63,620 nucleotides of DNA from Polyangiales bacterium (GCA_964202905.1 CAXNJO010000017.1:1-63620); one strand, 5' to 3'; positions 1-9,920 are shown, counted from the first letter of the stretch. Numbers and translations are program-made. Notes: generated from the letters alone by a model not told the origin.

Positions 1-830
1 CCGCGATCGCGCGCATCACCGCGGCACGCAGCCACCTCGCGATGTACCCCGCGAGCTGCGCCGCCCGCACCCGCCGCGAGGACGCGTTCACCGATCTCTA
101 CGCGGTGATGGACGAGTTCTTCGGCGACGACCGCGCCGCCGTCGACGCGCGCTACCGCACCCTCTCCGACCGTGTCTTCGCCGAGCTCACCTACGCCGAG
201 GCGCGCACCTGCTGCTGGAACGGCTCGACCGCCGCGATGCAGTCCATCGTGTCGCAGTACGCCGAGCGCGAGCAGGCCGACGCCGCGGCCGCGGGCACGT
301 GCGTGGAGCCCACGATCTTCCGCGCGGAGCAGGCCGATCTCGCAGCCGGCGGCGATGGCTATGGCCGCTGGCGCCGCTTCGCCGAGAGCCTCGGGCGCGG
401 CGCCGAGTGGCGCGCGTGGAGCGAGGACGAGACGTGCTCCGGCACGGCCGTGCAGGGCGATCGCGCGACGGGTCGCGGCCCCGGCGCGCCCTCCTGCGGC
501 GCGCCGATGGCGCCCTCCTGCGACCCGGCGGGCGGCAACGACACGATCGCGCGGGCGACGCCGCTCGCGGCCGGCACGACGAGCGCGCGCCTCTGCACGG
601 GCGACGTGGACCTCTACCGCGTCGACGCGGGCACGAGCACGGCGACCGTCGTGCTCGCCTTCCGCCACGCCGCGGGCGACCTCGATCTCCAGGCGCTCCG
701 CGCCGACGGCAGCGTGATCGCCGAGAGCAACGGCACCGGCGACGAAGAACGCGTGCAGGCGAGCGGCACCTTCTACGTGCGCGTGCTCGGCTACGCCGGC
801 GCCGCGAACGACTACACGATCCGCCGCTGA
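1..830 (+). CDS. 3' part of a secreted Cys-containing protein ending in a PPC (pre-peptidase C-terminal)-like domain; runs in from before the window
   Basis: ORF 42..830; C-terminal NDTIARAT...GDVDLYRV...GDLDLQAL...GTFYVRVLGYAGAANDY pattern resembles PPC domains. Confidence 0.65.
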   Translation, partial: AIARITAARSHLAMYPASCAARTRREDAFTDLYAVMDEFFGDDRAAVDARYRTLSDRVFAELTYAEARTCCWNGSTAAMQSIVSQYAEREQADAAAAGTCVEPTIFRAEQADLAAGGDGYGRWRRFAESLGRGAEWRAWSEDETCSGTAVQGDRATGRGPGAPSCGAPMAPSCDPAGGNDTIARATPLAAGTTSARLCTGDVDLYRVDAGTSTATVVLAFRHAAGDLDLQALRADGSVIAESNGTGDEERVQASGTFYVRVLGYAGAANDYTIRR

Positions 831-1205
831 ACCCGCGCGAATCGCGCCGTACGCACGACGGGCAGCGTCCCCAAATCAGGACATGGTGGGCAGCGGGCGT
901 CGTGCCCGCTGCGCGTCCCGTCGAACCGACCGCCCCCTGCAGGCAACGAGCAGCTGCGCCTCGGCATCCTGCTCTTCGCCGCCTGCGCGCTGCCGCTCGC
1001 CATCGAGCTCGCGGCGCGCGTGCTGTGCGCCTCGGCCCTCTCGCGCCGGCCGAGGCGCCCGCGACCCGCCCTGTTTTTCAGGCGGCCTCCGCCTCGCGCA
1101 GCTTGCTCTCCGGCAGCGTGCCGGGAGGGCCCAGCGATCGCCTCGTGCGCGTGGCCGAGCCGCTCGCGCGCGACCTCGCCCTCGACGAAGAAGCGCGCAG
1201 ACGAG
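287..1205 (+). repeat. Long direct repeat, copy 1 (~920 bp)
   Basis: Near-identical to 29403-30322 from ggccgcgggcacgtgcgtgg to gcgcgcagacgag. Confidence 0.95.
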
Positions 1206-1229
1206 GTTCACCATCGGGGTTGGCGCGCG

Positions 1230-1460
1230 TCGAGGCGGTTACCCTCGACGCCGACGAGATGGTGGTGCCGATCGGCCCGGGCCGCACGGTCATCGACGTG
1301 CCCGCGGGCATGAGGCGCAAGGCGCTCGAGGTCGTGGTGCGCGCGGCGGACGCCGTGGTGGCGCCGGTGCAGTCCGGCCCCTTCGACGAGGCGGGCATCG
1401 AGCGCTTTCTCGAGGTCCTGCGGGAATTCAAGCCCGTCCGAAAGGGGCGTCGGCCGAATG
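1230..1460 (+). pseudogene. Internal fragment of a ParA-family ATPase
   Basis: TVIDVPAG...ADAVVAPVQSGPFD matches the ParA IDxP and ADxVxxPVxPSxFD motifs; no Walker A region present. Confidence 0.65.
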
Positions 1461-1480
1461 CAAACGTTGTTTCCGGACGG

Positions 1481-1650
1481 GCCCATAGGAAAAACGAACC
1501 CCGCTTCGCCCAATCCACGCACCTGACCCTCCCCTCCGTCAACCCCTCCGCCCGTCCCATCGGGGATGCGTCGCGTGGCCGGCGGGTTCACGACGATGCA
1601 GCGGAGCGTGAGCGGGCCGCCGCAGCCGGGGCACGCGAAGCCCCCTACCG
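1481..1650 (-). mobile_element. IS91-family remnant: transposase C-terminus plus oriIS-like end
   Basis: Minus strand reads GFACPGCGGPLTLRCIVVNPPATRRI and ends GGTTCGTTTTTCCTATGGG, resembling the TTCCTAT oriIS terminus. Confidence 0.65.
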
Positions 1651-1699
1651 GGAACAGTTCCGGCGGTGCCGACGTCCACCGAGGCCGGGCGCGAAACGC

Positions 1700-1962
1700 G
1701 CGCCGCGTTGAAGTTGGTGAAGGCCGAGGACAGGCGGGAGGTGAGCGCCCGGGCGGAGGACCGGCGCTGTTGGGCTGAACTGCTCGAGCGGGTGTTTGAG
1801 GTGGATGGCTGGGCGTGTCCGCACCGCAACAAGCCGATGACGCTGCGGACGATCGTGATCCGCGAACCTGCTACCACGCAGCTGATGAGCGGGTTGTTAC
1901 GCGCGACAGGGCCGACGCCGCGAATGGCTCGCGACGTAGGCGTCGAGGTCCGGGGGGCGTAG
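1700..1962 (+). pseudogene. IS91-family transposase C-terminal remnant
   Basis: WAELLERVFEVDGWACPHRNKPMTLRTIV matches the WAxLLxRVFxxDxxxCPxC tail also seen at 25875-26249. Confidence 0.7.
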
Positions 1963-2121
1963 CGCATGCGTGCGCGCGGGGCCGGAGGGCCCAGACACGC
2001 CTGCGACGGCGGAAACGCCCGGATCGCGGTCGGGCGAGGCGGTCTTCGGGAACTCCCGGTGCTTGCGCAGAGGGCCGGGAAGGGTGTACGCCCTTGAAGT
2101 GGGCTTGCCAACAGGCCGTTC

Positions 2122-2574
2122 TTGCGAAGGCGGCGAGTGAGCCGACCGTCGTTGCCGCCGGGCCTGTTTGCGGGCGGCGCCTTGGCTTTGGAGTCGTCGC
2201 CGACGGAGCCGTGCGCCGAGGACCTCCCGGCGCTCTGGTCCTGGGTGGCGCGCCACGCCACGCCGCCGTCGCTGATCCTCCCGGGTAGGCCGGACCCCGC
2301 GACCCTCGGGGATGCGTTGGTCAAACAAGCCCACGCGCTCAGCGGGCTCGACGACCCGGGGGCGCGGTGGTGGCTCTCGGTCTCGGGCCTCGACGCCGCG
2401 CGACCCTACGCGCTCCAGGTCGACCGCCCGGTGGATGCGCTGCGCAGCCTCGCCGCCGCCTTCGACGAGCCGTCCTTCATCCTGGTCGACGAAGCCTCCG
2501 GCGTCGTGCTCGCCGTCGACACCGAGGAGTGGGACGTACGCCTCTTCACGCGCGGTGCTCCGCCGGCCGACTGA
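2122..2574 (+). CDS. Hypothetical protein; start uncertain, possibly 5'-truncated
   Basis: 150-aa ORF with protein-like composition. Confidence 0.45.
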   Translation: MRRRRVSRPSLPPGLFAGGALALESSPTEPCAEDLPALWSWVARHATPPSLILPGRPDPATLGDALVKQAHALSGLDDPGARWWLSVSGLDAARPYALQVDRPVDALRSLAAAFDEPSFILVDEASGVVLAVDTEEWDVRLFTRGAPPAD

Positions 2575-2854
2575 AGCAGACGCTCACACCGCGTCCAGAG
2601 GCCTGTCGAGGGGGCGTCGGCGTTGGTCGGGCCGGTGCACGCGACGAGAAACAGGAGCGGGGCGGCGAGGGGGCGGCGGAGCATGGGTGGGCGGTGTCTC
2701 ATCCACCGTGACACGGAGGGGGACCGCCGGAAACCTGACGATGCGTCTCATGCTGCGCTTGAGAACACTGTGTAATTCCACTCCCCATGGCAGTCCCAAC
2801 GCTCGATCTGCACCGCGTTCCGTTCGTCATCGCTGACTCGGAGTCCCTTCTCGG

Positions 2855-3169
2855 TTGGACGCCGGGCCGCTGGCTCGCGGCGCACGCTTTGACGTCGTCG
2901 CGCGCTTCGGAGGGCGCGAGGTCCCCATGACCTACGAGCTCGTCGAATACGACGAGACTGCGCTGAAGGCCGAGTTCCGCGGCGTCTCGAGCGGCGTACG
3001 CGCCGTGGATCGCATCTCCGTCAGCCCCAAGGGCCCGGGTGCAGAGGTCCACTCGTCGGCCGATCTCGAGCTCGAGGGGCTGCTTCGGCTCACGACCCCC
3101 GTGATGCGTCGGCTCTTCGCGCGGACGGCGCGAAAGGCGATGGACGGGCTCCGCGCCCGACTTGGCTGA
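2855..3169 (+). pseudogene. SRPBCC (polyketide cyclase/dehydrase-like) protein, N-terminally truncated
   Basis: GARFDVVARFGGREVPMTYELVEYD...ARKAMDGLRARL fits SRPBCC; N-terminal strand/helix missing. Confidence 0.6.
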
Positions 3170-3242
3170 GCGCCTCGCGACGAGATCGTCGCGCGGAGGT
3201 TCCGCGATGGTCAAGGGGGCCCGAAGCGCTGACCCTCCGCCG

Positions 3243-3578
3243 ATGAACATGCTGACTCGCCTTCTCCTCGCCGCTGGCTGCTCTCTGCTCTCGCTCGTCG
3301 CCGGCTGCGCCACCGGTCCCGCCACCTGCCAGTCGATCTGTGATCAGCAGGGCGCTGCGGGCTGCCTTGCCGCAGGGTGCGTCACCCAGTGCGAGAACGG
3401 TCGAGCGCTGGCGAGCCGAACAGGCTGCAGCGCGCAGCAGGACACGCTCATCTCGTGCATCGAGCGCAACGTGTGCAGCTCGTCGACGGCGTGCTCGGGC
3501 GAGATCGCGGCCGTCACCGCGTGTGGCGTGACGTACTGCGCTGCCAACCCCAGCGACTCGGCCTGCGTCAGCCCGTAG
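3243..3578 (+). CDS. Small Cys-rich lipoprotein
   Basis: Signal peptide with LVAGC lipobox followed by many Cys in ~90 aa. Confidence 0.7.
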   Translation: MNMLTRLLLAAGCSLLSLVAGCATGPATCQSICDQQGAAGCLAAGCVTQCENGRALASRTGCSAQQDTLISCIERNVCSSSTACSGEIAAVTACGVTYCAANPSDSACVSP

Positions 3579-3602
3579 CGCGCGCAGGGCGGGCGAGCCC
3601 CG

Positions 3603-5060
3603 TCAGGGGCAGCCGCCGCCCTCGTCCACGCCGGTCTCCCCCTCGATCATTCCATCTGCGAGCGTGCAGCCGAGCTCGCAGCGGTCCTCTACTCCGTTGG
3701 TGCACGTGTCGATCGCGTCTCGGTGCGTATTCCACACGGCCGTGATGAAGGGGTTGCCGCGGAAGCCACCCCCTTCGCTCGAGACGTAGCGATCGACGTA
3801 GTCGAAGAAGGGCTGGTGCCCCCACGCCTGCTCGAGGCGCATCCAGCGCGCGACGAGCGCCTGGCCGACCCACACCTCGGAGTTACAGCAGAGGCGATAG
3901 CCGCTCGACTCGTCGTTGTAGTCGGCACGCATCGGGTCCTGGCAGTGGCGGATGCCCCAGCGCGGCATCCCGGTCTCGTCGTGGTAGGTCTGGCAGTCCT
4001 CCTGGAAGGCACCGCCGTTGCCGCCGATGGAGAGCATGTCCTCGTCGCCGAAGACCGCGCCCGCGAAGAGGATCGGGAGCTTGCGGCCCGAGCCGTGACC
4101 GCCGTCGGCCGGCCAGGAGCCACCCGTCCTGTAGATGCCGTGGAGGTCGATCCCGGTCTGGAGGTACGCGATGAGCAGGGGTTCCTTCTCGGCGGCCGGG
4201 AGATCCGAGTGGAGGAGCACCGCGACGAGGCTCAGCCGAGCGGTGACGTCGGCGCCGTAGCCGGTGATCGCGTTCATCGGCTGGATCTGCTGCGCGGTCC
4301 AGCCCTGCTTGTGGTCGAGGCGTGCGATCTCGAGCCGGGCGATGATCGGCGCGAGCTCGGGCACGGACACGTCCGACGGAATGGCGTGCGTCCCGAGCAG
4401 AGCGCGGTCGATCTGCGACAGGCGCCGCAGGGGCTCGTCGCCGGGGGTATGGCTCGGTCGGAACGCGTCGAAGGGCGGAGCCTCCGCGAGCGCCGTCAGT
4501 ACGGCCGCACTGCGCACGTAGCCCGAGCGATTGCACTCACCGTCGGGGTCCATCCAGCCCGCGAAGCCGCCACCGTCGGTGCACTCGGTCTCCTCGGGGC
4601 TGCTCGCGGTGGCGACGAGCGAGCGACCCGTCTCGAGCGCGAGCGGGAAGCGGGCCGCGCGTGATGCGTCGAAGCCGTTGGCGCGATCGTCGAACGCGTG
4701 CGCGGAGCCGGGCTCGGGGTCGACCTCTGCGCCGCTCCGAGTCGCCGTGGGCTCGGGCGAGACCGCGCGCACCGCGACCGCACTCGCGCCGCTCGCCGGG
4801 AGCACCCACCAGTCGCCGCTCACGAAGCGACCGCACGGGTGCGGGCCGTCGAGCTCGAAGGTCACGCCGTGGCGCTCGATCGTCGTGCACGACGAAGCCG
4901 GGCCGGCGTCCGGCTCCGCCGGGGGCGCGTCGCGCGGACCGGCATCGACGGGACCGCCTGCGGGGTCGCAGCCGAGCGCGAGAAACGAGGCGGTGATGAG
5001 GGTAGCGATGCGGCGCTCGCGCAGCCTCGCGCTCGTTGGTTCCGTGGTCGTGGGTCGCAT
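3603..5060 (-). CDS. Secreted lipoprotein of unknown function with C-terminal myxobacterial Cys-rich repeat
   Basis: LALGC lipobox, DAG linker, globular region containing WPADGGHGSGRKLPILFAG, C-terminal CTNGVED...ETGVDEGGGCP. Confidence 0.7.
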   Translation of the reverse strand: MRPTTTEPTSARLRERRIATLITASFLALGCDPAGGPVDAGPRDAPPAEPDAGPASSCTTIERHGVTFELDGPHPCGRFVSGDWWVLPASGASAVAVRAVSPEPTATRSGAEVDPEPGSAHAFDDRANGFDASRAARFPLALETGRSLVATASSPEETECTDGGGFAGWMDPDGECNRSGYVRSAAVLTALAEAPPFDAFRPSHTPGDEPLRRLSQIDRALLGTHAIPSDVSVPELAPIIARLEIARLDHKQGWTAQQIQPMNAITGYGADVTARLSLVAVLLHSDLPAAEKEPLLIAYLQTGIDLHGIYRTGGSWPADGGHGSGRKLPILFAGAVFGDEDMLSIGGNGGAFQEDCQTYHDETGMPRWGIRHCQDPMRADYNDESSGYRLCCNSEVWVGQALVARWMRLEQAWGHQPFFDYVDRYVSSEGGGFRGNPFITAVWNTHRDAIDTCTNGVEDRCELGCTLADGMIEGETGVDEGGGCP

Positions 5061-5259
5061 CGTCGGTCTCCGAGCACGAGGATGGGGGAATCGAGAACGC
5101 AGGTCACTTACAGCTCGATCACCGTCCCCCGAGTCGAGGGCCTGCGAGGTGCTCTTGCGGTCAGCGCGCGAGGGCTGCGTGGGTTCACAGCGTGAGATCA
5201 GCGCGGTCTGCGATCTCGAGATCGATCCGCGCGCGTACGAGGGGATCCTCTGACCCGTC

Positions 5260-5451
5260 TCATTCCGCGACGGCGAGCGAGCCCCACTCCAGTGGGCTCA
5301 TCGCCTCCAGGACGATGGCGGGACCACCAACGCCGGAGCTCGTCCCGACGTAGACGTTCACCTGACTCGCGGGCCAGTACGTGGCGAGCTCGGCCCGCCC
5401 ATCGGCGTCGAGATCGCCGACGACGGAGAATCCGTTGCCGAAGGTCTCCAT
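5260..5451 (-). pseudogene. FG-GAP/integrin-like repeat fragment
   Basis: FGNGFSVVGDLDADGRAELA...VYVG single repeat, directly adjacent to an oriIS end. Confidence 0.55.
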
Positions 5452-5466
5452 GAACTCGCCCCGCAG

Positions 5467-5758
5467 GCGTATAGCTCATCCGATCGCCCCTTCGGTCGTG
5501 CTCCGTGACGCTGCATCTTCTCCGAACGCTACGCGAGCGCGCCGCGGAGCACAATCTCGACGTCAATGCTGCTCTGCCGGAGGCGCGTCGACGTGCCTCG
5601 AGCGCCCACTTTCAGCGCATGTTCGCGCAGCGAACGCACGTCTCCCTGACCGCGCTGTGCGCAGCCGCTCGGCTCACCGTGCTCTCCGCTCAACCGAACA
5701 CGAGCCGCAGCTGCCCGTGCGCGGACGCTCGCGGCTCGGCGTCGGGCGGCGCTCTCGG
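5467..5758 (-). mobile_element. IS91/ISCR oriIS end copy (292 bp)
   Basis: Matches 25652-25943 apart from a C/T change near the tip. Confidence 0.9.
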
Positions 5759-5925
5759 CGGCGCTCTTGTCGCGCGGGGAGACGACGGTGAGATCGATGG
5801 CGATGCCGGGATTCGCGTAGCGGAGCTGGCGCTCGAAGGTCGCGAGGGTCGCGTGGAGGCAGCGGATCGCCTCGTTTTTCACCCCCGCGTTCATGTCGAT
5901 GAGGCAGACGCGGACGGGCGGGGCT
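5759..5925 (-). pseudogene. N-terminal fragment of a probable type 1 glutamine amidotransferase-like gene
   Basis: VRVCLIDMNAGVKNEAIRCLHA... breaks abruptly at the oriIS copy; family call from recalled motif only. Confidence 0.4.
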
Positions 5926-5987
5926 GCGGGACGTTACTGGATCTGCGCGACGATCGCGAGAGAGACGCGCGGCGATCCGATCCGCCC

Positions 5988-7418
5988 TCAGACCATCAGC
6001 TCGCTGAGCGGCCCTTCAGCGATGCGGTTGGGCCCCTCGCGACCGAACGCGTTGAGTTCGATGCCGGCCAGATGGCCGAGTGTGTTCCACAGATTGGAGA
6101 GCTGGCGGTGGGTGCGCGCGATCCGGACGCCCGGGTAAACCACGGACCGCCCCCCTGTCCGCAGGCCGAGCGCGCGCCCCCCGAGGAGCAGCACCGGGAA
6201 CTCGAGCGCCTGGCTGTGGTGCTGCTCGCCATTGTCGCCGATGTACACGATGACGGTGTGGTCGAGCATGGTTCCTCCGTCTTCGGGGACGGCGAGGAGC
6301 CGACGCGCCAGAGACGCGACGAGATCGACCTGACGGCGCGTGATGTCATGGATCTGCGCGGCGAGCGTCGCGTCGGCGCCCGAGCCGTGGTGGAGGACAT
6401 GACGCGACTCCCCGGCGACGTCGGCGGGATACGAGACATTGAAGTCGCCACCAGTCCCGCATCCCACGACGCAGACGTGGGTGAGCCCACCGATCAGTGC
6501 AGCCGCGGCCACGTCGAGCTGCGCCCCAAGGCGTTCGAACACCGACTCGGATTCGTAACGGGTGTCGGACGACGGGTCGGTCGGTCGGGCCGCAGCGAGC
6601 GTGTCGCGCAAGGCGATGATGCGGCTCTGACGCGCGGACAGAACCTCGAGAGACGCGAGATACGCTTCCAGTTTCGCGCGCTCCACGCTCGTCCCCGAAA
6701 AGGCGGCGAGCGCCGCGCGCACGTCCGCCGCCGCGAAGTCGAGGAGCTCGTTGCGGCGCGTGAACGCGCGCTGGCCAGCAGCCGAGGCCACGGAGCCGAA
6801 CAGCAGATCGTGCGCGGCCTTCGGCTGCAGGATGAGCGGCGCGCTCGCACCACGGTCGAACGCGCAAGTCCCGAAATCGAGCGCCTTGCTCACGTCCGCC
6901 GCCACGCCGAGCCGGACCGCATCGAATGGCGCCTCTGCCCGGACCTGCGCGAGCGACGCGAGGAGAGCGTCGATCGTCGTCCCACCGGCCACGCCTGCGA
7001 TCGTCCGAGTCGAGCTGAGCACCCCGTGCTCGGCGGAGTGTCCGCCGTTGACGATGCGGGAACTCAGCCCGAGCACGACGGCTGCGTGCGGAAGAAGCGA
7101 CGGGACATCCGCGCTCCCGGCGAGCGCGCCGAGCGCCGACGCAGACGCGAGGTCTCCCGGGATATCGAGCGTGGTTTCGTGGCCGGCCTTGTCCGGCCAC
7201 CAGCGGTCTTCGCCAATCGGCGCCGTCGCACGCGCGTCGATCGCGGCACGCGCCGAGTTGGAGAGCATCGTCACGGGCTCGAAGCCGTTCCCCTCGACGA
7301 CGAAGACGAAGCGGCGAGCGGGTGCCCCGCCAGCACGCGCGATCCGCGTGAGCAGCGGCGCGAGGACGAGGCCGCCCGCCCCGAGCCCGAACATCTTCAC
7401 GATCTCCCGGCGGTTCAT
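5988..7418 (-). CDS. DUF1552 family protein, Tat-exported
   Basis: MNRREIVK Tat signal, RRFVFVVEGNG, HVLHH, GGTMLDHTVIVY, PVLLLGG; coupled to upstream gene by ATGA overlap. Confidence 0.85.
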   Translation of the reverse strand: MNRREIVKMFGLGAGGLVLAPLLTRIARAGGAPARRFVFVVEGNGFEPVTMLSNSARAAIDARATAPIGEDRWWPDKAGHETTLDIPGDLASASALGALAGSADVPSLLPHAAVVLGLSSRIVNGGHSAEHGVLSSTRTIAGVAGGTTIDALLASLAQVRAEAPFDAVRLGVAADVSKALDFGTCAFDRGASAPLILQPKAAHDLLFGSVASAAGQRAFTRRNELLDFAAADVRAALAAFSGTSVERAKLEAYLASLEVLSARQSRIIALRDTLAAARPTDPSSDTRYESESVFERLGAQLDVAAAALIGGLTHVCVVGCGTGGDFNVSYPADVAGESRHVLHHGSGADATLAAQIHDITRRQVDLVASLARRLLAVPEDGGTMLDHTVIVYIGDNGEQHHSQALEFPVLLLGGRALGLRTGGRSVVYPGVRIARTHRQLSNLWNTLGHLAGIELNAFGREGPNRIAEGPLSELMV

Positions 7419-9892
7419 CGGTCCTGCTCCTCGAGCGTCCGCATTTGGAACGTGTCGCTCGCGACGAGGGTTCGGATCATCGTGAAGAACGAGCCATCGG
7501 CGTCGAGCGACGACTCCATCGCCGAGAGGGTGCACGCATCGCCCTCGGTCTCGTTGCGCCCCGTGAAGTAACGGAACGCGTGGCGGATGAAGCAACGACG
7601 CGCGACGCGTGAGGCCGCGATGCGCTGCGAGAGGTCGATCGCGTCACGGACCTCCCCGATAAGCGCGACGTCGGGCGCGAGGGTGATGGTGCTCGCGCCG
7701 CTCGGATCGAGCGGCATCGCCCCCGGTCCATGGTCGTAGGCACGTACGAAACCCGCATGGTTGTAGATCTCGAACGGAAATCCGAGCGGATTCATCAGTT
7801 CGTGGCAGCCCATGCAGGTCGGCGCGAAGGGATTGGCATCCGGGTCCTCGACGCTCGTGACGAGCCGCTGGCGTGCCGACCGCGACGGGTCGCTCGGGAT
7901 CAGGGTCGCCGGAACGGACACGAGATCGAGGCCCGGCACCGTCTCGCAGAAGAGCTGCTCGCGAATCCAGCGCCCGCGACGCACGGCGCTCGCGTCGTCT
8001 TCGAAATTGCCACCGTGCGCTGCGAGCCAGGCCGGGTGCGTGAGCACGCCCATGCGCTCGCTCGCCGGGACCTCGACCCATCGCCCCTCGGGCGTTGCGG
8101 GAATGTCCTCACGTCCGTACACACGGGCGAGCGACACCATCGAACCTGCGATGGAATTTCCGCAAACATTGATCGACGTGCAGTTCGTGAAAGGCGCTGC
8201 GGTGCAATCGGCGGCTTCCGTAGCCTCCGTGCAGGGGACCCCGTTGGTCGACGAGAGATTCGAAGGGAGACGCCACATCCGCGACGTGAAAAGCGCCGCG
8301 AAGACGTCTTCCCCGCGCTCGTGACTCTCGACCACGATGCGCGCGATCGTGTCGTCGAGCTGGTCGACCAGCGTGGTCTCCTTGCCGTAGAAACCGCTCT
8401 GAAGATTCGCGAAACCGCCCGTCGTCCGGTCGAATCTCGAGCCGTCACGATCCGGTCCTCCGTACCGCCCCGTGCCGCCGGGTGTGTCCTTGAATGCGCT
8501 GTTGGCGCCGGCGTAGTCGAGCCACTCGCGGAAGAAGGCGCTGAAATTCTCGGCGATCCAGAACTCTCCGCGCGCCGCAATCCGGCGTGTGTCCGCTTCG
8601 TCGAAGAGATCCTGCCGCGTCGGATCTTCGCCTCCCTGATAAGCCTCGAAGATACGACGGAGCGTGGCCTCGTCGTAGATCGCGCCGTCGTCCGCGGCGG
8701 CGCGGATCGCGCTCATCCGACCAAGCAGCGCGTCGGCATCCGGGTGCGGCGACGCGAGCGCAAGCGACACAGGCGTACCCGTCGGATGCGAACTGAACAC
8801 GTGACCGACAGCGAGGGCCATCTCGTCCGGAGTCAGCCGACGACGTCCAGCGGCGTCGCCCGCGACGGGCTCGCCGAGCTCGCTGCGGAAGAGCGACCCC
8901 GCCATGAGGTACGCCGCCTGCCCGACATGGTTGAGTGTCGCCTTGCGCCGCGTGATGTCGCCCGCCTCTTCGCCGAGCGTTCGCACGAGCCGTGCGCGCA
9001 GCCGGCCCGTCTCGTCGTCGCTCGGCGCCCGGAACAACGTGCCTCGGCGTAGCAGGGTGTCGAGATAGCGATCGATGCAGGCATCGGCCGGGGCGGGGTC
9101 CTCGTGAATGCAACGCAAATCGCGGTTGTTGTAGATGCCGACCGTCCGTCCACCGCCCACGAACTCGCCTCGGTCGGACTGCGGGTCATTGGTCGACCAG
9201 ATTGCTGGCGCTTCCGGGAGGACGAGAAGCAGCAGTTCGAGGGTGGTCGGATCGACGGTCACGCCCCTCGCATAGGTCGAATAGGGCAGCACCCGCGGAG
9301 TCTCGAGGGGATTGTCGCGAGAGTTGGAGTCCCGGGAAATTTCGACGCTCACGGGTTTGACGACGGCGTGGGTCCATTCGCGTCGCTCGACGCGACGGAT
9401 GCGCGCCGCTGACGCGTCGACCGTCGGCGTCGCGCACTCGAACAAAGCCTCCGGATCGAGATGGTTCGGATCGTAGAGATCCGGCAGAAAATCGGGGACA
9501 TCGCAGCGCGTGCTCGCGCCCGCCGCGATCCACGCCCGCACCTGCTCGACCTCTGGAATCGGCTCCGCCTGACCGAGAGGCATGAGCGGACCGGTGCTTC
9601 CGTCGGTCATCCGCTGAAAGAGGCGACTTCCCTCGGGATCGCCCGGGACGACATAGTCATCGAGCCCGGCGGCCTCGACCGCGTCGCGCGTGAGGACGAG
9701 CTCCGTGCGGGGATTGTGCGGCAGATGGCAGCCGCCGAGCGCGCAGCGACGCTCGAAAACCGCGATCACCTCGCAGGCCTCGGCACCCCTCGCCGCATCC
9801 GTACCTGCGTCGGCCGGCGCATCGTCGTCTCCACAAGCTCCCCAGAGCAGGGCTCCAAAGAGCACCACCATCCGCATCGACGTGGTTTGCAT
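7415..9892 (-). CDS. DUF1592/DUF1588-family lipoprotein with cytochrome c-type motifs
   Basis: LWGAC lipobox, CALGGCH...VVPGDPEGSRL (planctomycete cytochrome c-like), RMGVLTHPAWL, RRGRWIREQLFC, CMGCHELMNPLGFPFE. Confidence 0.85.
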   Translation of the reverse strand: MQTTSMRMVVLFGALLWGACGDDDAPADAGTDAARGAEACEVIAVFERRCALGGCHLPHNPRTELVLTRDAVEAAGLDDYVVPGDPEGSRLFQRMTDGSTGPLMPLGQAEPIPEVEQVRAWIAAGASTRCDVPDFLPDLYDPNHLDPEALFECATPTVDASAARIRRVERREWTHAVVKPVSVEISRDSNSRDNPLETPRVLPYSTYARGVTVDPTTLELLLLVLPEAPAIWSTNDPQSDRGEFVGGGRTVGIYNNRDLRCIHEDPAPADACIDRYLDTLLRRGTLFRAPSDDETGRLRARLVRTLGEEAGDITRRKATLNHVGQAAYLMAGSLFRSELGEPVAGDAAGRRRLTPDEMALAVGHVFSSHPTGTPVSLALASPHPDADALLGRMSAIRAAADDGAIYDEATLRRIFEAYQGGEDPTRQDLFDEADTRRIAARGEFWIAENFSAFFREWLDYAGANSAFKDTPGGTGRYGGPDRDGSRFDRTTGGFANLQSGFYGKETTLVDQLDDTIARIVVESHERGEDVFAALFTSRMWRLPSNLSSTNGVPCTEATEAADCTAAPFTNCTSINVCGNSIAGSMVSLARVYGREDIPATPEGRWVEVPASERMGVLTHPAWLAAHGGNFEDDASAVRRGRWIREQLFCETVPGLDLVSVPATLIPSDPSRSARQRLVTSVEDPDANPFAPTCMGCHELMNPLGFPFEIYNHAGFVRAYDHGPGAMPLDPSGASTITLAPDVALIGEVRDAIDLSQRIAASRVARRCFIRHAFRYFTGRNETEGDACTLSAMESSLDADGSFFTMIRTLVASDTFQMRTLEEQDR

Positions 9893-9904
9893 GAGCCCGC
9901 TCTG

Positions 9905-9920
9905 GCGTATAGCCCATCCG
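9905..9920 (-). mobile_element. Minimal oriIS tip (16 bp)
   Basis: gcgtatagcccatccg identical to the extreme end of the copies at 10731 and 25652. Confidence 0.75.

Noticed and set aside
940..1060. ALPLAIELAA resembling the NB-ARC GLPLA motif
   Set aside because: No P-loop context, and the second copy reads LPLAIGLAA; more likely a decayed membrane-protein fragment.
2095..2120. gggcttgccaacaggcc as a possible IS terminal repeat
   Set aside because: No partner inverted repeat or matching transposase found.
5505..5760. Repeated 85-aa ORF MTLHLLRTLRERAAEH... (also at 10769 and 25690)
   Set aside because: It is the antisense reading of the repeated oriIS end; no independent evidence of coding.
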